Shown: piece by piece, positions 21,801-36,248 of the stretch | How positions within the stretch are numbered: the first letter of the stretch is position 1 | How the letters are laid out: every line of letters starts with the position of its first letter | Assembly (NCBI GenBank): GCA_012295275.1 | Contig: CM022673.1 | Span: 2,480,001 to 2,544,000 of the forward strand | Direction: 5' to 3' | From: Chrysomallon squamiferum | Taxonomy: Eukaryota > Animalia > Mollusca | DNA: 64,000 bases | Made by a program: the position numbers and the translations under genes | The notes under the pieces: generated by a model | Told to the model about the DNA's origin: nothing | The model's database searches: none | The model's input: only the letters and a program-made list of their open reading frames with translations

Positions 21801-24800
21801 CTTCTGAATAAAGTAATTTATGCTAGTTTATTTGCCTTGAAAAGTTGTTATTATTATCATTATTTTAATCTTTGATTCTGAATGTGTTTTGGGTTACACC
21901 TTTATGTATGAGATTAGGAAAAAGATAAAAATTTGAATTAGTTGTATACTGTAAGATATATATTTTTAAATTATTTATTTATTTATTTATTTGCTTCTTG
22001 TTCTAATATTAAACAATCAATTTTTTTTTTAAAGTTCACAATGATGATTTGTTATTATTATTTGTTCGTTGTAAATTAAATTATCCTTTCAGTTACAATT
22101 CTCCATTTTTTCTGAGATCAAGATGTGCCTCTAAAACATTTTAATTGTGTTTCTTCAGAAAAACCATAAACTGTGTTTGTACCCTGAGGTTATAGTGAAT
22201 GAAAAATTCAAACGACCTGTAGACATTGAAAGAATTATAGATGACAGCAGGACACGAAAGATAAAGGAATCTCAAACGTGGGTTCTGACCGAGGTAAATC
22301 TAATTACTGTTTGTTTAATTTTTATTTATTTGTTATTGATATTTAAAAAATATTGTGACTAGCAAACTGTAATTTGAAAACATTAAAAGAAAAAATAGTT
22401 ATTTAAAAATTAAATAATAATGTAGCTACATAATATTGAAACTTTTTGTTTTTCAAGTTGAAATATGCATTAAAATTCTATGTAAAAAAAATAATGACCA
22501 TAAAATTAAGTGCCAGAAGTTTTTTTTTTTTCTGGAAATTCATTGTTTTTATAAAATGTCAGTGAACATAAGGAAAAAAATAAAATTAATAATAACATGA
22601 ATAACTAAAAATATATAAATAACAAAATAAATAAATAAAAATTAATAATAATAATTATAAATCAAACAAAACCTATGTAGAGCCAGCCATCAGTGTAATG
22701 AAAAAGAAATCAGTAAATGTATCCCAGAGTTTACTACAAATGGTTACCATAATTACTTTACTAGGGAGGTCATATCATCAGCAAGTACATGCCACAGCTC
22801 TGCCTTGGGGTGCTAGATACCAAGAAAGTGGAAGGGAAACTGTTTGGGAAAGATGTCACCATAACTGGGTTCATTGTGTCTCTTCAAAAGAAAAGGACTC
22901 AAGATCTAAACCAGCTCTGGAAATTCAGTCCAGAAGGAACAATTTCAGCTGCAGTGAGGATTTTCTTTATGATAATCTTTTGGAAAGATTAAAGTGTAAC
23001 TTTAATAATGTTTGCAGAAAGCCTTTAATATATATTTGTATGTTTCTAGTTCAAAGAAATTGTTTTACTGCCTTACCAAACATTCATTTTCAATAATAAA
23101 GTATTGCTTGTGATATTATTCATAAGTCATTGTTGCAAAATCCTATTTTTATTTTTTTTATTTTATTTATTCAGTTAATTAATTTATATATTTGTCTGTA
23201 TATTTCTCTGTGTATTTATTTTTTTATTTTTTTTATTTTAGTCTCATCCACAGCTAGTGTTGACCTTTGTGGGGTTTGGGTTTGGTGATGGAAACAAACC
23301 TGAAGGATTGATGCCTGGAGAAAGCGTTTACCTTGTTGTAGCTGATCCACTGCCCAAGAAAGAAGCTGGTGCACAAAGGTAATGCAGACTGAACAAATTC
23401 TTAACTTTATTATTAGCAAAGATTGATGACCACAGCCATTAAAAATAATACTTTGAACATTATTACTACCAGTAGCAGTTTAATATTAATGATATTATCC
23501 AAATCACAGAAGAATGTTTTTTCCAGGTTATATTCACTTAAACAGTTATTTTATTTTATTTTTATTTTTTTTATTACTGTTTCAGATTTGGTTTAAAACA
23601 AGAACGATTAGACAATCTTGGACAGTGGAAGTTTTCTGATGTGTCTAATCCTGAATGGCACAAACTTGCCCTCTCATGGCCTGTAAAAGAAAGTGGCGAA
23701 TTAAACCAGGTTAATGTTTTTCTGTTTAATTTTTAAGACAATAAAATAATTTAATTTTAAAAAGTGCCACCTTGTTAGAAATGTTTAATTTAATTTAACA
23801 CATTTTTTTATGGTTATTTAGAGTAAACAAACAGTTAAGGATCACTTATATAACGAGCTACTCTTTTTGATTAGCAGTAAGTGATTATTTTATGCACCAC
23901 ACCACAGACAGGATAGAACATACCACAATCTTTGTTATTGGCTGGAATGAGACATAACCCCAGAATGAGTCCAGACAAGTCTCAGGTTTCTTTTAATTAG
24001 CAGTGGGACATCTGTTAATTAAAATCATCCATTATTTTTTAATTTTGCATGTTTAGGATTTTGACTGGCCAATGGAAGGATTTCTGATTCCGAATGTTCC
24101 ACCACTGCAAAAGACTTCCAAGAAATCGACATTGTCGGGAAGTAAGTTATTTACTTGTTATTATAACCGTAAATTACATATTTTATGAGTAACATTCAGG
24201 CTACAGAAACTCTTTAAAAAAATTAAGTGGCTTTTAATATCCCCCTGATAAACACCCAGGATGTGTTATAATTTTTAATACTCCTGGTAATATCCCGCTG
24301 ATATACATCCAAGCTCTGTTGTAATAATTAACATTTCTGGTAATATCCCGCTGATGTACATCCAAGCTCTGTTGTAATAATTAACATTTCTGGTAATATC
24401 CCGCTGATGTACATCCAAGCTCTGTTGTAATAATTAACATTTCTGGTAATATCCCCCTGATGTACATCCAAGCTCTGTTGTAATAATTAACATTTCTGGT
24501 AATATCCCCCTGATGTACATCCAAGCTCTGTTATAATAATTAACATTTCTGGTAATATCCCCCTGATGTACATCCAAGCTCTGTTATAATAATTAACATT
24601 TCTGGTAATATCCCCCTGATGTACATCCAAGCTCTGTTATAATAATTAACATTTCTGGTAATATCCCGCTGATGTACATCCAAGCTCTGTTATAATAATT
24701 AACATTTCTGGTAATATCCCCCTGATACAAATCCAGGGTCTAACATAATTATTAACACCAAATATTACAAATACATCTAATCTCTTACATTCGGAAACCG

Positions 24801-27800
24801 CCTTCCTTTTTCTTTTCTTTTTTAAATTTGGTAATTATAGGTTGTGGTACCTTACAAAAATCATATAATCAATAATTTATATAAATTAAAATATTTCTTT
24901 AGTAGTCATTATGGAACTGACAGTTAATAATATACAAAACTCTAAGGTTTTTTTAAAATTTTAAAATTTATTTATTTATTTATATTAATTTTGTTTTGTA
25001 ATTAAAATTTAACATAATAAAAGAATCACACATTCAGTAATTTTTCAATAGTAATATAATCAATAGTTTGGTGATTAAAATGGACTTACCATAAATAAGA
25101 TACTAAACAACCTCAAAGCACACAGCATACAATAAATTTTAAGCATAAACTAGAATTAATATAAAGTTTTCATACATGCATTTTGAACCTCCCCAAAACA
25201 TGTGTTATATGATAATATTTGAGTATAAACTGCGATGTATATAAATTTTTAACATGTCGTTATATTTTGTAGTGAAACCTAAAAGGCTTTTGTGTTTGAA
25301 GAATGGTGAGAGAGACAAAGAAAACTGCATCCCTGTTGTTGGACCGAATCTTACTAATGTAAGTCTGTATCTTAATTTTCTTATTATCAGCATCATCATT
25401 AATGGTAACAAATTATTTTGATTATGATGATGATGATTATGATAACAACATCAACAACAATAGCAATAATAATAATAATTATAATTATTTTTAATATTTT
25501 TATTACTATTTATTTTATTTTATTTATTTAATTATTTTTTAATATATGTTATATGGACTGTATCTACTTTTATAATCATATATATATATATGAGCTATTT
25601 ATTTTTTTATTTTATGTATCTTTTATTATTATTACTTTTATAATTAATTTTAGCATAACTCCATACTATTCATTACTTAATGTATTTTTATTATTATTGT
25701 TATCACTGTAATAATTAAGATTTTCTCTTTATTTAACTATAAATTAAATTTTAATGTTTCTAAAATGTTACCATATTATTATTATTATTATTCCTGTTGT
25801 TATCATTATCATTTGTCTTAAAGATGTTGAAAGACACAGTGAAGGAAAAACCTAACAAAAACCAGAGAAGTGGCAAACGCAAACAGAAGGATATGATTAC
25901 AGATCATGCCGATTCAGTGGATGGTGATTTTAATCTTCACTGCCAGGAACTCACTGTTAGACAGTTGGAATTCTCTATGGTAAGTTTAATAATTTGATAT
26001 TTAGTTAAGAATTGACAAGGAAAACACAGAATTTTATTTTTGTCATTATGTTAAAATCCTCATATTCACACACAGATGCAAACTTTAAGTTTTATTTATA
26101 CTTTCTGCTTTTCAATATTGTTGTTTTTATTCATTTGTTTATTTAAGTTATTTATATTAATTTCAGTCCAGTTATTTCACATACAGAATTGTGTATTTTA
26201 AGATATTTTAGATACCTTCCCTCATTCAGTTTATTTCTCTGTATCTCTTAACATCATTTTAACTCTTTTTTTCACCTAAAATATAAACATATAATAATAT
26301 ATATTTTTCTATTATTTTAGTTTCTAGATCACTGCACTTCACTGCTTAACCTCCCATTTGCTGGGAGGCGACTTTTTGATGAGAATGGCATCGAACATTT
26401 TACTCTGCAGTCTCTGAAAGCAAATCAGTTGGTGTTTGTGTCATGTGGAGAAAACTGGATAGATCCCAATCTGAGCAAAACTGAGCAGGAGCGTAGATTT
26501 TTACTCACTCAGCTGTACAACGATGTTGCTAAAATCAGACAGTACTGCTCACTGCGTCGTCCTGAAAGTAAGTAACTCAAACAGTTATAACTACAGTTAT
26601 AACAATTGTCTGAGGCATGTAAGGTTCCGGGATCCATCCTTCTGAGCATAGTAACTGGGTAGTTTAGCCGGAATATGAATATTTGTATTCTATAATAGTT
26701 CATTTTAATATTTTTATATATAAATGAATGTTTTTGAATAGTTTATTTGAAAAAAATAAAAGTAAATCCTTATTTCTTAAAATTTTTATTTTATTTTATT
26801 GTTTTTCATTTTAACTGTGCAAAATTAAATTTTCTTTGTTTTTGACTTTATGACTATAATTTTGTTTTAAAAGTTCTAACCATTTATATATAGTGAAATA
26901 GAGGTGTTATTATTTAACATTTTATCAATTTAATAATCCAGTATATAAAATTTTTATTTTTGAAATTTATGCATTCAGAAACACAGATAACTTTCTAGCA
27001 TTGTTATTCATGTGAACAATTTTGTAAAAAAATTTAATTAAAAAATACATGTATATTTATTAGGTTAATTTTTATCATTCTAATCATTGTGTTTGATAAG
27101 ATTATTAAATAATTTTTTCAGACTATGTTCTTGAGATAGAAGGTGGTATGACACAAAATGCAAAAATAATTGTGAACAAGATGTGGAACAAGGATGAGGA
27201 AGAGCTGCAGGAAATAGAACCTGCACCCCAGAATTCAACCAATGAGAGTGTGGTTAATGAAGATGATGATGATCTTCAGGCATAGTAAGTTTGCTTTTGT
27301 TTTCTGTTATTTTCTCAGTTTTCTCTGGGTTTTTTTTGTTCTGTATAATGTTTGAAACAACCTTAAAGGAATTTTTCTTTAACATGTTTCTGCAGTGCTA
27401 TGAACAAAATGACCACAGCATAATTTTTGTATACTTAAATAGTCAAGGGATTATCTGATCCTTTACACTTAACCTTTGCTAATAATAAATTACAACAGTA
27501 ATACAAAAAGCAAGGTGCAATCCATGGAAACTGACATTTGTTTTGTGACGTCACTTCATACATTGAGATGTAAAAATAAACTCCTGACACACAAGTCATT
27601 GTAAAGTTGGTTTAAGGAATTATAAAAATACTTTTACAGAGAAGTAGAGAGGTTACATTTAATTATTTGAATGTCTCAATTAAATTCAGCTCTCCACACA
27701 CTCGAGCTCACCTGAGATCAGAAGAACGTTTGAACAGTTTGAAGTGGCCGTGGGAAAGACTTGTTAATGCCACAAACTCAGATGAAGAAGATCTCGAAGC

Positions 27801-30800
27801 ACAGAAATACACAGACAAGGAGCTCTATGAGAAGTACAAGTAAGTTAGTTTTATTATTTTATGTTTATGCTATCGCACTGGAAAAGAGTAAAGATTCATA
27901 AAATGTATTTTTTCTCAAAAAACGAATGTTGATAATTATTAAGTGCTTCTTTTTTTTAAATTTTTTTATTAATAATGCTTATTTTTCACAATTAGCTATA
28001 TCTGGGTATATTTTTGGTATGATTTCAATCATTTCTATTTTACAATCGGATTTTTTTTGCCCCATTTTGTTTTCCATTTTGACATAGCAGTTTCCTCTAA
28101 TCAATCATCAAACATGTTGTGAAAAATATCAAACATATGTGCCAATGTCAAATACACGACAGCCAACAGTCACATAACAGCAGTCCGAGGGCATATATGG
28201 ACTGTTTTCTGTGTACTTGATAAATTTCTTTCAGTGAACATATGTAATCATTGTTTTGTGTTTTTCCAGGCCAAAGCCTCCACCCCATTTGTCACGAGAC
28301 ACACTACAGAGATTTGTGTATGAAGACAACTACATCGCATGTGCAGCCAATCGCCAGCTTGTGCTTGGAGTTCATGGACAAGAAGGCCGTGTCAGTGAGG
28401 TGTTTCTTGTAAAGCGCCATCCAGATGACATCGATCAGAGATGGTTTATGAAAGACAATGGGTAACTTAATTACTGATATTATTTTGAGATTTATCTTTA
28501 TTAATTTGCACATGATCCATTTACTGAACATATTAACAAGAAAGTAATGGACCACTATATTAGATTTTAACGGACAAGGCATACGAAAGTGGTCTTGCTT
28601 CTAACTGATATGGCAGCAATAGATTTGATGTTTCACATAATCATTAAAGAAAAAGAGTTGGTTTATACCTGAAAACATTAAAGATAAATGTGTAGAAATA
28701 TATATAGTCATTCAGTTTTATTAGTTACTGTCTGATCATTTGACACAAATGTTACTTAAGGCTGAATATTGTAATTCATCAATTTTTTTTTCTTCATTTA
28801 GTAGCAAACATTTCCATTTTCTTTTTTTAATAGAATAAAAAATAAAATGAATTAAGTCACTTAATATCTAAATTAATAGGAAATCTCTGTAAGTTAATAT
28901 AAATATAACATTTAACACTAAATATTTTCCAGTGAGATCCGATCCCGGTACAACCAGCAGCTTGTTCTAACTGTTGCTCTGCCTAACAATGAGAGTCACC
29001 ATGTTGATGAAGATGGTCAACCTTTGACCTTCGTAGGGTGTCCAGTGACCCTGCAGGCAAGACGAGTTAACATGTTTGGCAAGGCTCATCAACGATGGCG
29101 CTACAATGCTGAGACAGGATTTATTCATGCTTTCGATGCCAAAGAAGCAGATTTGGGTAACATTTAGCTGTTATATATTTATTTTGGTAACTTCAGTTGT
29201 ATTTTCAAAACTCTTTAATATGAGTATTAAAATAAGCAAATATTTGAGTTAATTCCAGATGGTGGTTTTAATTATACCAGATCTTTGCTAATAATAAAGT
29301 GTTATAGTGCAAATACAAGCTTTGTGTGTGCATGAATGAAGTCTAACATTTTTATAAAGAGAATCATAATAAATAGAATTAAAAAGAAATAAATACTTTT
29401 TTTTTAAATTTTAAAATTAAAGAAGTCAAAATGCTGAAAAGCTGAGCAAGACATTGGAGTGTTGCTAAATCAGATTTATGTTACATATTTGTAATAAGCT
29501 CTGTATTTTTAATTTTATGTTATTGATTTGACTAGCATTAAAATGATCATTACAAAAATGATTATCAATGTAGGTTATTATATATTTCTATTGCAACAAC
29601 TTGTTTCTGTCTTTTGTTAATTCAGAGACAGTCAGTTTGAATTAAATGTTTTGTTTCTGTTTCCATCAACCAGTTTTCTATCTTATTTTAATTATACAGA
29701 GATCACTGCAGCCACAAAGGCAGATGTTTGCACCTACACCATCGCCAGAGATGTGAAAATTGACCAGCCCGTAAGTTCTTACTTTTGTAATCCTTTAAAA
29801 AAACATTATCTGGTTTTTTTGGTCAATTTTTTGTTTATTGCTCTCAAGATTAATATATTTAATTGATTTTTTACCATTATGGTAATATATACATTCAATG
29901 TATAAATAATTTGCAAATCTGTATCATTTATTTTTATAGTCATTCATTCACTGCAAAGAACTTGAGGCTTGACAACAGTTCTATCTCTTTTTTATCTACA
30001 TACATTTGCTTCATTACTTAAAAACATAGATCCATCTATACACTTACATACACTCCTGACAAACACATTAAATATTAAATAATTTACTTCAACTCTAATG
30101 ATGCTGTATGTTATTTCATTTTTATTACAAAAGTACACAGACACACACACACACACATAAACTGTATTATGCTTATGGTTTTTAAAATGTAATAATACTA
30201 AATACTTCTTTATGCACATTTAGGGATATATAGCAGAAATTCCTACATCGATGAAAGACTGCAGGGAGATAACTATATGTTTGTCATGTGCCAGAGCCAT
30301 GAGAGGGCGCTACCGACTGCACAAGTTAGATCCTGGTGTTCCCTTCTTCTGTGCTATGGGCCAAGGTTTATATCTTTTATTACACTCTCATAGCAGATTT
30401 TAAAGAGCTTTGAAATAGAAATTTTGGTTTCATGAAAGTTTAAATATTTCATTATTATATAAAGCAAGAATCAAATTTTTTGTTACCGGTAAATTCTTTG
30501 CTTCATATTAAAAAGATGTTTGCAGTATTGTTGTTTCTTTTTTTTTCTTTTTTAAATGTGTATTTACATTTTAAATTAAACTAACATTTTGTTTTTCCTC
30601 CTTTTTTACAAAATGTCCTCTCTTCTTTCCAAAAAGTGTTAATTTTGTTATTTTATTTATACCGTAGCAAAGAAACTGAAAATTCCTCAGTGTGGAAGTT
30701 TCCGCTATTTGAGTGAAAAGGTTGACCTCTCAACTCACGAAGCAGAACTGACTCTTGCCAAGTGGGAAGAGAAGATACAGCAACTCCGAGAAGAAACCAG

Positions 30801-32707
30801 TGTCAAAGTTATTGCCAAAGAAATCTCTGCAGCAAAAACTGTGCGCACTGTTAAAATCTTGGCCTATAAGAATGGGGAAGGCAGAATGAGGCCAGGCAAG
30901 GTTATCTGTGGATCGAGTATTCAGGGGGTGAGTCTCAACTGTGTCTTTGTACAACTAGGGTTTCATTGTTACTTTTGTACAATAGAGTCATTGTGTTAGG
31001 TATCATTAAATAATTAATCAAGTGGATAAGTGTATATAAAACATAACATTTTTAGTTGAATTTATGGGTGTGCATGTTTATGTATATGAACTAGAGTAAT
31101 AATATTTAGGAGTAATTTAATATAATGCACGCTGTCTATTGTATTGTTTTAATATCTCAGTAAATATATTTTGTTGATTTTATTAAAAGTTCTCTAAATC
31201 AATCTTAAACAGATTGAAATGTGTGTGTGTGTGTAAAAAACTTGGGTTAAAATGGATTATTTTTATTAGTATAATAGTTTATTTTTTTTTTTTTAATTTC
31301 TGAATTAAACTGGATTATTTGTATTACTTCTGATGGTGAGTTTGTGTTTCTTACAGTTGCTGAATCAGTGCACAGCTCAGCTTGAACTGTCCCAGGCTCC
31401 CCGACGTTTGTACACTGAAGACGGGAATCTCATGTTAGAAATGGATGATCTAATTGAGTGGGCCATTGAGAACTACAAGACTGACATGGCCAACAAGATA
31501 GAGAGGATGTTACTGAAAGAAAACCTGCCTTTTCCTGATTGTAAATACAATTTAATTTTCAACAATTTATTTTGCTATTATTATTTATAACTGTCCTTTG
31601 ATGATGATACATTTATCCTTCATTCAATTTTCTATTTTATTTTAATATTTTTATTACTGCTTTGAAAATTTGTTGTAAATATTTATTTATTCAAAATGAA
31701 GCTGATATCTCTATTTTTTTTAAATTATCAGATAAAATTATTTACCTTTCTCAGTTATTATTTTATTGTTTTTGGCAACATGTCTTCACTAATAAAAAAG
31801 CATATCAGCAAAATAACATTTGATACAAAACACATATTAATTCTACTAAAATCCCTTTTTTTTTTTAAAATTTGTTCCCTTTAAATACCCATCCCTCTTT
31901 TTCCAGTTAATTGAATTTAGCTATTTATTTTATCTGATATAAGCATATAGCTATATATATTTTTGTTTACAGTTAATGAAGCAAGTAATGAAAACCAACA
32001 AGAGATTGATGTGGATTTTAGAAACGGGGGGAGGTGTTTTGCACACAGTACAGGAGGTTGATGATGAGAGGGGGGATGGTGACAGAGAGGAAGTCGAAGA
32101 GGATAAAGAGGAGGGTCATGATGAGGAAGAAAAGACAGGTATGTCTGGGTAATATTTGTGAGAGAGAGAATTTTTTTTTATATAGCGTTTTATTTGCCTA
32201 TCATTAAAATTAAATTATACTGCACTGAATTAAGAATGTTTAGAGGTACACAGATGAAAATGGTAAATGAATCTTTGTATTGTTTATTTTTCTCTTTTTT
32301 ATGTGTGAGCATGTGCGTGTGTAAATTTATGCTTATTCATATACACAAAACAGAGATTGTTTATATATATCAGAGCATATAAGATGCACCTTTTGGTATA
32401 CTTGTCTTACTGATGCTTTAAACAGTGCTTTCATATCTTTTTCAGAACTTGATAATAATGAAGCAAACAAGATTGCAAAGAAAAGAGAAATGCTGCTGAA
32501 GCATATTCCACTGCCTCCCCAGGAGACTATTCTCAGATATCCTATTGAAGTGTGGGTTTCCAGTGGAAAGAAATTTATTCCACCAGAAGGTATGATAAAA
32601 CACAATAATAAAATCTAATAAATAAAATTTTAAAAATTTATAAATTAAGAAATATATTCTGATATTAGGTTTAAATATGATACAGTATAATTAAATAAAT
32701 ACCCATT

Positions 32708-32758
<51 letters not shown>

Positions 32759-33918
32759 TTATATTTATATATAATTATGTTACATGTTTTACTGGATCCA
32801 TTAGCATGTTATATGTTTCACTGGATCCATTAGTATATTATCTGTTTCACTGGATCCAATAGCCCATTACCTGTTTCATAGGATACATTAGGCTATTTAT
32901 TACTTGTTTCTGGAGAACCATTAGGCTGTTACCTGTTTCAGTGGGTCCATTAGGCTTTTAGCTGTTTCGGGGGATCCATTAGGTTGTTACCTGTTTCAGT
33001 GGATCCATTAGCCTGTTACCTGTTTAAATAGGCTTTTTATCATCAGTTTAGGCTATTACCTGCTTCACTTCATCCATTAGCTTATTACATGTTTCAGTGG
33101 ATCCAGTAGGCTGTTACCTGTTACACTGGATCCAGTAGACTATCATCTAGCTGTTTCAGTCAATGATCATAACAGTTTTATCAGAATTTGTGTGTTTTTC
33201 TGACTATGGGGATGTTAACATGTAAAATATCTTGCTGCTAATGAGCAAACCGTAACAAGAATGCCTTCCACATAGTTTGACAGAAATTATCAGTGTACTA
33301 TCACACTCTTGTGTTTTTAAACATCATAAAACTAAATTATTTTTGATTAGTGGTTGAATCGAAGGAAATCAACAGAAGGAAGAAGAGGGCTCTCCGATCT
33401 CAGGTTTCTCTCGAGTTGGACATGGAAAAACACATTCTACGACAAATGAAGGGTAAGAAGAATGCATTAATAATTTTTCCAAAAGTGTAAATAATTTTCT
33501 TCTGTTTAAATTGTTAATGTGAGGGATGATAGTTACAATGAAATATTTTGATAGAAATATAGTAAACTAACCAACTGTACAAACAAACAAACAAATTAAT
33601 AAATACAAATACTAAATTTGTTTTTTGTATTTTTTTTTACTTTTGTATTTTAAACAGATGATTAGTTGTAATCTATTAAACAAAATTTTAGGTCGCAGAT
33701 TAGAGGAGTTGAATCCTGGTGAATACAAATCAACTCTGAGCGCTCACCAACCTGTCATCATTGAGGGAAACTGGCAGGAACCTACAATCCAAGAAAAAAT
33801 GAAACATGATGCAGTTCACAGACTTGAGGTATTCATATTGTGGAGTACAGACAATCCATAGGAATCTGTTAACAATGTCATTATTAATAAGGACCTGGCA
33901 GGAAACTTCACTCCATAA

Positions 33919-33953
<35 letters not shown>

Positions 33954-35481
33954 CAATAAAATAAAAATAAGGTAAAATATGATGCAGATCCATAGACTTG
34001 TGATATTTATTTTACTAAATCGGTGTCCAAGAACATGTATTAACAGTTTAATTACTTTTAATGTAAACTAGGATAAATCATGTGTACAAGCAAATACATA
34101 AGCTTGAACTGCTATTTCATCTTGTAAAATATTGTAGGATGTTCATAGAAATGTCTTAATAGTTAAATTATTATTACAATATTATGGTGAAACAATGCAG
34201 TATGCAGGTTCTGTTAATTAAGTGTTATAAAGCAGAGGCTATTCAGAAAGGGAAGAATTAATTAACAATTAAATTATTATCAAATAGCCTAAAATTGATG
34301 AAAACAATGAAAAACATGCAATGCACAATCACTCAACCTCACATCATTATTTTTTTTGAAAAGAGACAACACTCTCCCTATGTCTGAATCTATGAGATAA
34401 CTATCTTTGTAGTTTTCTAATCCATTTTTACAAGATCATTTACAAGAAGGTAAAAAAATAAAATTCATGACAGTTTATTATTTTCATAAAATTATTCTTT
34501 CAAGGGAATTCTTGTGCTTTATATACTGTTCACAAAATCCAGACATCGAGTTCAAAGAGTTCATGATGGTGTATTTCTTACCTTTTTATTTATTTATTTA
34601 TATTTTTTATTTATTTATTTATTTATTTATTAATTATTATTATTATTATTTATTTATTTATTAGTATTATTTTTTATTGTTGTTGTTTTAGACACATCTT
34701 GGTGAAATAGCAGCAAATCAGAAACAGAAAAGTGGAGGATCCAGTGCTAACCACTCAAGACTGTACAAACAACCAGCTATGGTGAGACAATGATTATGAT
34801 TATGTTATCTAACAGTTGAAAATTGCTTCTAACAACAATTTAAAAAATATATATACATCTTTTTAAATTTAATTTTCTTTTGTTACTTTTCATGAATGAA
34901 AAAAAAAAAAGGATTTTAAAGGGAAATGAGAATAAGAACAAATGTTTTATATAAAATTTATTTAAAAATAATAGTAACAAATGTAAACAAAATATATTTA
35001 GACAAAAAGAAATTATACCTAGTTTTCATTATAGCTAGTGTATTATTTATTATATATATGTGATTTATATTTCCAGAAAAGAGTTTTGGCTTTTCCCAAT
35101 GGTGAAAGTCTTGAAAGAGCAGTCTATGTGTGGGGTGAAACAATGGATGAAATTCTTGAACTGGCTACAGCAAAACTTGATTTATGGAAACCAGTCAAGT
35201 ATGTGTTTACTACAGAAGGAATACCAGTAAGTTGAAAATATCATTATATCTGCCTTCAGTCTGTCAGTCTGTCACTCTGTGTGTGTGTGTGTGTGTGTGT
35301 GCATCTGTGTGTTTGGGTATGTTTATGTATATTGATTTGGTTGCTAGGATTTACATTTGTCTTCATCTTTTTAAAATTTGAACCAAAAACACTTCAGATT
35401 GTAGAAATAAGTTGTTTCTTTGTATGCTGTTTTATAGGATTTATTTCTCTTACTTTCACAAATAGCATAAACCATTTGTTG

Positions 35482-35555
<74 letters not shown>

Positions 35556-36248
35556 GTTATTATCATTATTATTATTATCATTATTGTTATTATCATTAGT
35601 TATTATTATCATCATCATCATCATCATCATCATTGTAACCATTATTATTATTGTTTTAAAGATTACTGACTTTGAAGATATTGAGAGGGACCAGCTGGTA
35701 TGTGTTTCATCCAGCAAAACATTTAAACGTGCTAAAGGTCACATTCTGGACATAGAGGTGAAGGCTAACTGGGGTCGCGCTCGTCGAAAGTACGGGACTG
35801 CTGCAACAGAGATGACAGTTACAGCTGCAACAAACCCCAAAGTTGATGTAAGTATATACTTATATACTTTTATATATATTTTTTTGTTTGTGTCAACTGT
35901 TAAATTTTTACTAAAATTGATGTTATATTCATTTAGATTTTTTATAGTTTATTTCTAATAACCAAACACCAGTTATGTGGGATTATTTTTGTCAATAATA
36001 AAAGTTTAAATGAGATCACAATTAAAAAGATTTCATTTCTCTTTTAGAAATTACAGAAGATTATTGATGATGTTTTTAATTTTTCTTAACAAGTCATATG
36101 TAATAGAAAATGTATTGTTATATTCACATTTTTGTTTTTCTGTCTCATTTCTCAGGTTGATCCATTTGGACCTCCAGAACTGGCCTTACCACTGGATGAT
36201 GACAGCACGCCAGCCCTAAGACCTGCAAGACCTGAACCATGTGCATAA
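12863..36248 (+). CDS. DCDC1: Doublecortin domain-containing protein 1 (DCDC1/DCDC5-like, DCX repeats plus ricin-B-type segments), ~40 coding exons; start codon uncertain; one +1 frameshift in exon 31973-32138
   Basis: Continuous GT-AG exon chain from 12863 to last exon 36156-36248(TAA). KQQPHIIRVTAFKNGSR..LLEFLTDKLGLGFAARRIFLEDG..DIPQDAEIYVSMGEP and LLDDCL..LRGPLWVSSGEGFSP match my recollection of vertebrate DCDC1. Repeated DCX-like units (xKNG...L..CT..L.L...RRL...G) at ~14700, 16500, 20380, 25270-26460, 30850-31450 and 35077-35730. QxW ricin-like segments at 22764-22952 and 28270-29156. Candidate starts: ATG 12298 (ATG TAC G|gt, phase-compatible) or in-frame ATG at ~12973. Confidence 0.88.
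20830..20995. repeat. Degenerate ~25-bp tandem repeat (ATAATTTCTTTGGTTACATAATATA) in DCDC1 intron
   Basis: Two near-exact copies followed by several decayed copies. Confidence 0.7.
23860..23975. mobile_element. Decayed SINE-like interspersed repeat fragment
   Basis: TTAGCAG..TTTTATGCACCAC..CACAGACAGGATAGAACATACCAC..CTTTG..GGCTGGAATGAGA resembles a tRNA-derived SINE body I recall from gastropod genomes. A related piece occurs at ~56105-56155 (CCTTTGATATATCAGTC..CTGGTTGGAATG) and a tail-like piece at ~9290-9345. This is from memory and not database-verified. Confidence 0.5.
24232..24756. repeat. 53-bp minisatellite in DCDC1 intron
   Basis: Unit TGGTAATATCCC(G/C)CTGATGTACATCCAAGCTCTGTT(G/A)TAATAATTAACATTTC starts at 24285, 24338, 24391, 24444, 24497, 24550, 24603 and 24656. 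One degenerate unit flanks each side. Confidence 0.97.
32775..33160. repeat. Degenerate ~29-bp tandem repeat (CTGTTTCA(C/G)TGGATCCATTAGGCTGTTAC)
   Basis: About 12 diverged copies, many retaining GGATCC, directly after a (GT)n microsatellite in a DCDC1 intron. Confidence 0.88.

Noticed and set aside
24285-24708. Regularly spaced repeats resembling a CRISPR array
   Set aside because: Units are head-to-tail with no unique spacers, there are no cas genes, and the context is a eukaryotic intron.
35281-35958. 225-aa ORF with poly-Leu/Ile, and an antisense poly-Asn ORF
   Set aside because: Microsatellite read-through; only 35662-35847 is a real DCDC1 exon.
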